A model generated the notes under the pieces. The model was given only the letters and a program-made list of their open reading frames with translations. It made no database searches and was not told the origin of the DNA. Made by a program: the position numbers and the translations under genes. Source: Bugula neritina (taxonomy: Eukaryota > Animalia > Bryozoa). From it: DNA of 64,000 nucleotides. This document shows, in pieces, positions 54,063 to 64,000 of the stretch. The DNA lies in assembly GCA_964035545.1 (NCBI GenBank), contig OZ037765.1:13712698-13776697 (forward strand), read 5' to 3'. Numbering within the stretch: position 1 is the stretch's first letter; every line of letters begins with the position of its first letter.

Positions 54063-57000
54063 ATTATAACCATTCTGGACGCACTAGGCAAAGTAGAGGG
54101 TATTTCTTCTACGCGCCACAGAGGCATCGGCTACAGGTAAAACAGTTTACCAAGCACACATCTTATTCTCTTGGGTCGGCTTGTTTTTTAGCACTGTGTG
54201 TCAGTTTTAAAAATTAAGTCAAACTGTAGTTACAAGCTAATGAAAAACTATTTACTTTTTAATACAATCTGGGAAGGGCACTATTTTCATGAGATAGTCC
54301 TTATAAGTTACCGTTACCTCATTTTGCTTTTCTAACTAGAAATTTTGCTGCATTTACATTGGTGTTGGAAGTCAGTATTGGTAGATAAAATTGATTACTT
54401 TAGACAGTTAGACAGTAGTAAAATACTAACCAAGTGCACATATTTTTATATTCTCGATTGTAAGCACTCATCTAGATTTATAATCTTTCTTCATTTAACT
54501 CAATGGGTATGTTGAAAATGTAATGAGTCATATGAACTAGCAAAAAATAAATTCTGTATTTTCTCACAACTTGAGTAAGTTGAGTCTTTCCATCTTCAAC
54601 AGCATTTGAAAACAGGAACCATGTTCCTTAGCATATGCCAAAAATCAGCTTGTTAATAGCAGTTTATAATATTTTATGTGAGCTAATCAAGTGCATAAGT
54701 TAAGTAAAAAGTTGTTTTTGATTTTGTGTACTTATAGACAGGACGCACTGTTCAGCCAGCCAGCGCAAGTTCCCTCTACATCACATAGATCTGTCAATGT
54801 TGAAAGTCGGCCATGGGTTGCACCTAGTACTAGAAGACATGCTGTTGGTGCCGCAGCTGGTCACAGGCATAAAAAAAATGTACCTTTATTAACTAATGAA
54901 ACTGTTTTCCACAAAGCCAGAGGGTGAGTGTATGCTTAGCCTACTTGTCTAGTTGTGGATTTTATGGTTGTAATACTTATCAGCACATTTACTTTCACAT
55001 CTCAAATATTCTCATAAAAATATTAATTTCAAAAGTTCACCATTTGCAGCACTATTAATATCCTTCAATTATTGTAACATGCTAACAAAATCAGATATTA
55101 AAAACATATCTTGGCCACCTTAGTGTAGCCATTTTTGAAAAATATTGCAAGAATTACTTTAAATTTCTTGTGTGTTCAACTCTAATCAGTTTCTCTCTGC
55201 AAAGCACAATAATAAAGATGGAAATTTTCTGTATGCTGCTACATATTTCTACTGGTTATGATTATATACTTAACTTGTTTAAACCTTGTTTCAGTATTTT
55301 GAATAAACTCACACCTGAACGATTTGACAAGCTCTGCCTTGAACTGTTGAATGTCGGTATTGACAGCGAACCTACTCTGAGAGGTTTGATTATCTTGGTT
55401 AGTAGGCTATACATATATGTATATGTTGTACTATGTTGTATATCCATGTGCTGTATCTACATGTTCCCACATTCTAGAACTACGATATATTCAATGATGA
55501 ATTTTATTTCTGTATGTGAAAACCGTATTTTGCATATGTTACACAGATATTTGACAAAGCGGTAGATGAACCTAAATTTAGTTCCTTGTATGCTCAGCTA
55601 TGTGAAAGACTCAGTAAAGACGCTCCCAATTTTGAAGCTCATTCAAACAAGTTAAATGTAAGTACAAATAATCAAGTACATATGAGTCTATTTTTGTGTG
55701 GGGGCATGTGTATTGTGTGTGTAGACAGATAATTAAAGGTGTTATTGCTTAGCGTTGATAACTAAAAGGTGCTCAAATTCAACTCTTTTGAAAAATGTGT
55801 GTTTATCCTTTTCTTGGGAATGATAATGTAATATTTTACCGCTACTTTAATACTATAAATTATCAGGATATATGTACAATGCATGGTGAGGAGAGAGCAC
55901 TTATTTTGTCTATAAATAATTTTTAAAATATGCATAAATTTTTAATATCATTTACACTGAAAGTTATTGACTAATTTATTGTGTATTTGGTCTACATTAT
56001 TGTTCACCTTGTTCCCCCTTCGCCGCCATGTCATGATCAGGTGGTGGGCAATATTCAATTGATAAATCAGAACCAACACTTGTATTTATTTCTGCACTCA
56101 GCTACTTGTTTCTTAGAAATGACTGCAAATCTGTTATTCAACTGGAGATATATTGGACTTCGTTTCTCAAATCAAGTAACCAAACACTCGGGCAATCCTA
56201 TTGATACATATATCTAGCTACCTGTATTTATTATATGTACACTGTTTTGTCACAAACTACAGTTTGCACAGTGTAGTACATCTTGCTGATTCTGGTGTTT
56301 TCCTGTAGACATTCTACAAACTCCTGTTAACTAAATGCCAAGATGAATTTGAAAATCGCACAAATATCACGTCTGCCTTGGCAAATCTCAGCTTTAGAAC
56401 TGATGAAGAAAAGGATGAATTTGCTAAAATCAAAAGAAAGATGCTTGGGAACATTCGATTCATTGGTAACTTAAACCTTCGCTATGACTGCATATAATGA
56501 AACATTGTTTTGTACGCTTCTAGAGTAATATTTGTATATTAGTAAAACCAACCTGATGTTTCCAGTAAAGCATCTTCTTCAGCTTTTACCTCTGCATCAG
56601 GTGAACTTGGGAAACTGGCAGTGGTTAGTCAAGGGATACTCCACAAGTGTATACAGCAATTGCTGGAAAAGAAGCGAGGACTTACTCTCTCTGACCAGGC
56701 AGAGGATTTGGAGTGCTTGTGTCAAATTATGAAGACGGTTGGTAAACGACTTGACACACCTCAAGCAAAGGTGATTGACATTTAATCTAATGTTTAGTAA
56801 TTAATATATAGTATTTTTTTGAGTGGGGGGGGGCAGAGCTGCTGAACAAGCTTATAAGCCAAGCTTATTGTTGGAGAGTTTTGATTGGCTAACTCTATTC
56901 TCACCAATATGCTACTAGAGTAATTATGACTAGATGCCATTGCAGACAATCCTCATTACCCCGACTTAGCCTACCCTTATATTACAGAGTAGAGACTTTC

Positions 57001-60000
57001 TATTTATAATCAGTGTACTGCTCTATCTAATTTTGCCATAAGCTCCAAATTGCTTGTAAGTTGCATCATTATTGCAGTTCATAGGGACAGTTTATTTTCT
57101 TAATGTTTTTATGAGTTCTGATTACTAATTATTTATGAAATCAAGTTTATTGTTTGTTCAGCCGCTAATGGATCAGTACTTTGCAAGAATGGCGAGTGTG
57201 CAGGAGAGTGGAGATATGCCGTCTCGCATCAGGTTTATGCTGTTGGATGTTATGGACATGAGAGAGAATAGCTGGAAGCCCAGATCTGCCAACAGAGAGT
57301 TAATTCCTCAGACAATAAATCAGATCAGGCAGAGCTTTCCTCACCACAATGTGAGTCATTCTTCTCTATTTCCTGTTTGAATGTTTTCAGGACAGTTTGA
57401 ATTAGTCAAGTTAAACATTGGCACATTATATAATAAGTTATTGCATTTGCCTTACTCAAAGTTATGCAATGCGCTGGTAACTCCAAACGTAATGCATGTT
57501 TTACTCTGCAACCATGTTTAGGCAGAGACGATGCTATTCAACAGTCAGTTGTCGGCACCATCAAAGGGAGTTGATGGTGATCTATTTGATATTTTTGGCG
57601 CACCAATGGCCGTGAAAGGGGTGGGAGGTGGCACCTCCAACAAGCAAAGTTCATTTAGACCAAGTTCACCTTCTAACCTTCGCCAGCATCAGCAGCGCCA
57701 AGGTAGTCTCCTAAATTCATTTTCCTTCACTTTACTTAATGTCATGAATTATATTAACTTTCTGTAGCATTCTTTGTCATAGCAAATTATATAATTCTCA
57801 CAAAACTTGAATTGCCTAGCATTAAGTAGACTATTGTAGACGGTTACATAAATTTTGTGTATTTAGAGCCTTCACTTGGATGGAGAGATAATAAGGTGGA
57901 CAGATCTGATAGAACAAGCCGAGACCGAAGAGATCGTGATATGTTTGTGGAGAAAGATCAGCCACACAGAGAGATCAAGGACATAAGAGAGAGACAAGAT
58001 TCTGGCAGGGGCAGAGATTTTCAAAATCGGGTGTCAAATAAACCCTTGTCATCATCACTCGCCCCAGCGGATAAAATCAGTTTGCGCCCCGGATCCAGCC
58101 TTTCCAAGAGTCAAAACCTTTCTTTGAAACCCTCTTCCCCGCACCAGTTGCCTAAATCTGCTCGCTCCAACAACTTTGTAACTAGCGAGTCTGTGAGAGA
58201 ACCTCCAATCTTTACAAAACCAGTGAGTTAATATAATCTCTTATATAATATAGAATATAACCACATATACTGATCTGAGAAATTTTGCGTTTGTAGTTGA
58301 GAGCCATCTGTTGCCCAAATAAGTTTAATATTGTTACAAACCTTGAGATTCATTTTTTTTTTAGTAAATTGGAGTGGTGTGCTCTATAATTTTACCATCT
58401 AGAATAAAAGAAAGAAAAAAGTTTGTTTTAAAATAAATATATCACACATGAGTTATACTCCCTTAGCATTTTTTGAAAACATGTAATTTAAATTTTTACG
58501 TTCAACCTATATTTTCTATTTTATCAACAGTGTTGTTTTAGCAATATATTTAAATATGATCTATATTTACCGTAATATACATATGACTATTATCCATTGA
58601 TTTGTATAGAATGTGGCTCTGTGACAGAAAACCTTCAACAGGTGATTGCAATGTGACTACAGCAACTTTTATATTTTTAAACTTTTTATGTTTGAAAGCA
58701 ACTATTATGTCTAAATTTGTAGCCTACACCAGTCATCATTAAACAAGAGTCAAAGCCCAAAAGCAGGAAGCAAGCAGAGACTAAAGTTATATCCAATGGT
58801 GACGCTGGTAAACCCTCAGAACTGACCCGAATTAATGAAGCCATTAGTGCATGTGAAAACCTATGTACTGTGGAAGATCCCGACACTGTGTGTAATGCAG
58901 TGCTTTCAATTCTAGGGTAAACATTGACACAGATACAAATAGACACTCGTAAATAATGTGCTTTAATGCATCACTGAAGTTGAACAACTTTAAATTAGAT
59001 GGGCCTTTTAATTATATTTGAAAATATTTCTACCATCTTTTCATGTTTTGCTGTGAATTTTGTTTGTTTAGAATAACCTCAATGTAATTTTATTCATCAT
59101 TTTTAGAAACTCTGCCAGGTTGAAAGCCAAGGATCTGCACAAAATTATCAGACAAGAATTCAACAATACCAACATCAAGTCACTTTTGGCTTTTCACTCG
59201 CTATTCAAATGCCTTCTTTCTGCTGGCTGTCTGAATAGTGGCACCATAGAGCAGGTTCGTGAATGGTTATGTTCTGTAACTTTTTCTTCAAAGCAAATAT
59301 GATTTGATGAATTGGATATGTTACGACCAATTCAAGGCACCAATAAATTAAGTAATTTCGTACATTTTACAATGGTTTTAAGCAGTAGGTTGGTGCTTGT
59401 TTTATTGTATTAGCAGGGTGTAATTGATAAATTTTTGATTTTGTTAGGTTCTTATGGGGCTGGTTGAGGAGATACCCAAGCTGGAGGTAAAGCACCCTAA
59501 TGTTAGGAAACAAGTTGCAGACTTGTTATCATTAGCCTTGTCTTCCAGTTTAGTTGCCTTCGATACTGTGTTGAGAGCTTTAGCTGGAGGTGTTTGTCAC
59601 CCCCTCGCACTAGAGATCCTTCAATCTCTTCACACTAAGCAAGGAGAGGAATGGCTCTCGTTGATGTTAACAACTCACAAGCTGTCCTGTTTTCAGTTTC
59701 TACCAGGTATTTATTTTATTGAATATTAGCATTGAACAAGATTGGACTCTCTTCTTACTTAAAGTTGAAGAATGAGGTGGCAATATATGTATGTTTGCTG
59801 TAAACCTCAACTAATTGCTAATTACTGTATTGACCAAGTATTTGCCATTAGTAGTTATTCTAAAGTCTAAACATTGAGTTGTTCTGTTGAACAGAGAATT
59901 TGCAAAGTGACGATGAAGCCCTGATTGCGATGGAGACGTATGACTTGTTTCACTATCAGCCCATGCTCGTTATTCAGAAGCAGCTGTGGCAGCAGCTTGT

Positions 60001-61197
60001 TGCTGACCCAAACCCCACTACCTTCTTTAAGTGGATTATGAAGAATATTGATGAGAAATACTTAGCTGATGATGACTTTACTCGAGTGTTATTCCGATGG
60101 TTAGTGGCAAACGAGATTAACAATTTAATATAAATGTAGAGGAGTTGTCTAGAGATAGACCATATTTTGTTGCTTCAACAAAACTATTCCGGTGATAAAT
60201 AACTTTAGCAGGCTTTTAACCAAAGTAGAGCAGCCATGTTATAAAGCTTATTTAAACCAAATGGCTGCAAATAGGGTTAAAGAAGTACTGAGGGCACTGG
60301 CATCAGTAGTTCCCCCAGTAATAGATACTGTTATTGATAGGTTTAGCAGGAGCTTGCAAGCCTTTTCTTCATTTGCTTACTGGCTGCTTGTATATAATAG
60401 ATCAGTGTGGTTTAATTTGTTTTGCAGTTTGTTGAAATATGTGGTTTGCGAAACATCTCTAAAAGAAGGTATTGACAAGACGGTTTTACCTGGGAAATCT
60501 GTTCAGGATGATGAGAAGAGAATATTTACCAACTATAAGGATATCATGCTCCGCTTTCTTCACGCCAGTCACAGTCGACAAGTTTCAGCTATTTATGCCC
60601 TGCAAGTCTTTTGCTATGAAAACAACTTTCCTAAAGGTGGGCTTATACAACACACATGGTTTCCTGCTACGTCTTTATTAAATGTAGTTCTATTATATTT
60701 TGTGGCAATAACAAACTTTTGGTATTGTTTGTGGCTTGGCATTTATTTGCATTAAGGTTAGTCAGATATAATAATTTATTTATTGAGCAGTTATATAATA
60801 CACTTTGTCTTGTTTCCAGGAATGATGCTAAGAGTGTTCACATACCTTTATGATCTTGAGATAGTTGATGAAGAAGTATTTCTCCAGTGGAAAGAAGATA
60901 TAAATGAAGATTATCCAGGAAAAGGCAAAGCACTCTTCCAGGTTATTTTATGTCCACTTGTAATTATCAGCTTTTAGCTAGATAGGCCTATACACATGAG
61001 AAAAGTTGATGAAATAAAATATTTTTCATGATAAAACTTCTCATCTAGAACGAAAAATTATCAAGTGTGTTATGTTGATTTTTTATAGGCTAACAAGTGA
61101 AGTATTTCCTTTACTATGATTATAATTTGTGTAGGTAAACCAGTGGCTAACCTGGCTGGAGCAAGCTGAGTCTGAGTCGGATGATGATGAAGCCTAA
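54063..61197 (+). CDS. EIF4G2: Translation initiation factor 4 gamma 2 (NAT1/p97/DAP5), non-AUG start
   Basis: Exons 54041-54136, 54738-54923, 55295-55397, 55547-55657, 56309-56465, 56601-56770, then about ten more to 61135-61197. RPWVAPSTRR; MIF4G GILNKLTPERFDKL..KRKMLGNIRFIGELGKL; SRIRFML; W2 EEVFLQWKEDINEDYPGKGKALFQVNQWLTWLEQAESE*. No eIF4E-binding N-terminal third. Confidence 0.95.
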
Positions 61198-64000
61198 GCA
61201 AGTTTCAAGAATGTTTCTATAAGTGTAGCTTATTAACTGCATGCATTGCTGTTGGTCTAAAAGCTAGTATATTTTACAAGTAATATACTCATCATTTTTG
61301 TTTTTACTAACTGCTAAGTAACAATACTGGTTATGGTTCTTTAGAATATAAATCATGATGTTGGTAATTACTTTATTCAATAAAAGTAAATTTGCAATTT
61401 GAAAACAAATGAAATTGTCACTTTAGTTTCTATGGAGTAAAGTCTCGTCAAAAAATAATCGTTTTGGCACGAAATTAGAAGAAGTTGTTCAATAATGCTC
61501 TCATATTTATTATTACTCTTCCAAATCGTAAAATTACAATAATATATATGCATAATATATAATAATGTGATGAAATTTATAAAATGCACTTGGGGAAATA
61601 TAAAGCAGACATAGAGGTAATATTAGGAGATAGCAAAAATAAATTCTCACATACAATCATGTTGAAAATAATAAAAATAAGGTAGAAAGAAGATGACAAT
61701 ACCTCTATGCTCTTGATGAGCTTGCTATTTCTTATAAGTGTAGGTTTGTTACCTAAACTTTTAAAATATAAATTTAACTCGAAATCGAGCACAGTAAGCA
61801 GCACAGCTTAGCCTACATGATGGACTATTGGAAATTAAACTACCCAAAGAACAACCATCTTTATTGAGCTAAAATTAAAATGTTCAACAACCCAGTGGTG
61901 TTTGTAACAAAGGTCATATTAAATCTTTGTTTAATGCTCACAGTTTCACTCTAATACCCATTTTAAGAAATTTACTACCTGAAATGTTATTTATAGGTAA
62001 TCTTGACAAATAATAGCTTTGGATTTGGCAACTTGTATTTGCTGTAGCTTTTTACAATTGATGCAAATTAGTAGCCACTGTTTGGAGGTGTGGTTAGCAT
62101 TTCGTGCTAAGACAATTACTATAATGGAAAACCAACATTAAATCTTCAAATATACTTGACTATTAATCAGATTACTTAATATCTCTGTTGAACAATGGTA
62201 GGTTCATGGTGTAAATAGGGGTCAACTGCCGATTAGATTGATGGTTGTGATGTCCTCTTTGAGTTATCGAAATGACTACTATTATAGCAGAGAACAGCTA
62301 AAACCAAATAATATATTGTTACCAAGTATACTGTAACAACCATCAGTGTATTTACAGCAACTACGTATTTATAGCAGGCAAAAAAGCTGCATGTCGCCAA
62401 CTTTTTGAAAACCATGTACAGTTTAAAGGTTTAAATCGTTTTTATGAATGGATATATCTTTCGACATCTGAACACATTGAACATTAACGACAGTTATATA
62501 CGTTTTCTTTTATAAATTAGTTATAACTAACCTGATCTTTTGTACCAATGGTGAGAGCAAACTTAACATCCTATCCAGTTCTAATGGTTTAGTAAATAAT
62601 GGTCACAATGGATTACAGTGTTTCATGACTAATAGACACAGTGTTGGTGGTGGTTTTCACAAAAATTCAACAGTTTTGAGTTAAGGAGAACCACCATTTT
62701 GACCTCTATAATATATTGAAACAGTTTTTGTATTGTTCTTCCATGCTTGCAATGCATTGTAACAGAGTTCTTGGTTGATTTTTGTTTAGTAAGAAATCTG
62801 ATACTGTGTTATAGAGGAAGTGTAGTAATTTAACTAATTTGCTCATTGGTAAAAAGTGCAGATAGAGTAGACAACTCTCTAGATAAAAAGAGTGGCAAGC
62901 AGTTATACTCTTAGGAGTGTGTGCAGTGCATGTTACATATATTTGTGATTAAAGTACACAAAACTACTAATTCTTTTTCTGGTAGGTTTAGATTCCAGCA
63001 AAATAATAGTTTACCAAAATAAAATAAAGTCGCACAATTTACATCTATATTGCTATGTACAAATGAAAATGAAAATTATTGTAATTTGCATGGTTTCTTT
63101 ATTTTTGAAATTGTTCTATAATTTTATACTTGGTTCTGGTTTAATATTGCTTAGAATACTATTAAAATTTTTAATTAGAAGAACTAAAGCACTGATCTGC
63201 ATGCGTATATGAGCTCAGTTTTACTAGAGCAATTGACTGCAGAGGCAACTATTTGCCAGCGACATCTTAAAACTAGGATGCTGCTTCAAATCACTATAAA
63301 CTCATAGACATGATGGCTGCTTAATTGAGGAGCAAAGTGAGCATTGATTAAAGTTTATCTCTGTGTTCACTGGTCATACATGAAGCCTGCATGCTCTGGA
63401 CACAAATATTTGAAAGTTATGAAAATTAATAAAAAGGCACCAATAATAAGCATGCTTATAAATCATCATTTAAAACAAAAATTTCAAATAAAGTTTTTAA
63501 TGAAAATTACATGTACAAATATTATTTTGGTTGTGGTTTGATAAGTTATAACCAAACCAACAATTGTAATAATCTGCTGGCTGTTAGCATGTTAAGATCA
63601 TCCTGCTTATATGCAACATTTGGGAAATACTTTTACCATTAGGTGGTCGGGCCATCATAACATGCCACAGAAACAGGAACTCTCTTTGTCTTCTGAATAG
63701 ACCAAACTAATCTCCCGGAACTCCAGAGTTAAAGAACCAGAATTTGAGCCAGTTGGCAAAATGTTGATGGAGTTGCTATGCCAACTTTTTCCACTACCAC
63801 CAGTTTTGAAGACATCCAAATTCAGCAGAGAAGTTAACACACAAAATTTTTCGAATGAATAAGCATTTACATTTTATGTCAAGTGCAGTTGTAAATGAAT
63901 GTAGTACAGTTTTGAGAGCATATTTTCTATTAATGCAATTTAATTTTACATGACCTTGTAAATGAGTTGTCAAAGTTTTCAAACAAAACACATTTTAATT

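Noticed and set aside
57005-57125. SNORD97-like snoRNA (TTATGAG upstream of CTGA, complementary to the tRNA-Met anticodon loop) in an eIF4G2 intron
   Set aside because: Only 7 bp of complementarity and no box C found; could be revisited with Infernal.
63640-63840. GC-richer stretch as a coding exon
   Set aside because: No recognisable motif or consistent splice and frame solution within the window.

Overview
AT-rich, CpG-poor, intron-rich animal (invertebrate) genomic DNA, not prokaryotic. I assembled six host genes by hand from splice sites and protein motifs: the last two exons of an EF-hand gene (EFCAB11-like, +), a CNG channel beta-type subunit (CNGB/tax-2-like, +), MRPS12 (-), a Reeler-DOMON-cytochrome b561 ferric-chelate reductase (FRRS1/SDR2, +), WAC (+) and eIF4G2/NAT1/DAP5 (+). 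Mobile DNA includes decayed LINE fragments, a tRNA-derived SINE family (two copies each interrupted by a different MITE), a decayed Buster-type hAT and a 4.2-kb ISL2EU/Harbinger-class element. Main observations: (1) that element has about 1,085-bp near-perfect inverted arms, apparently made by copying its own 3' end, including the end of the transposase ORF, over its 5' end; (2) FRRS1 has two tandem homologous exons 69 nt apart, with a branch-point motif too close to the upstream donor, suggesting sterically enforced mutually exclusive splicing; (3) eIF4G2 has no usable AUG, and the codon matching the vertebrate GUG start is GUA, so initiation probably uses a nearby CUG/AUU. Everything was read by eye; no searches were run.
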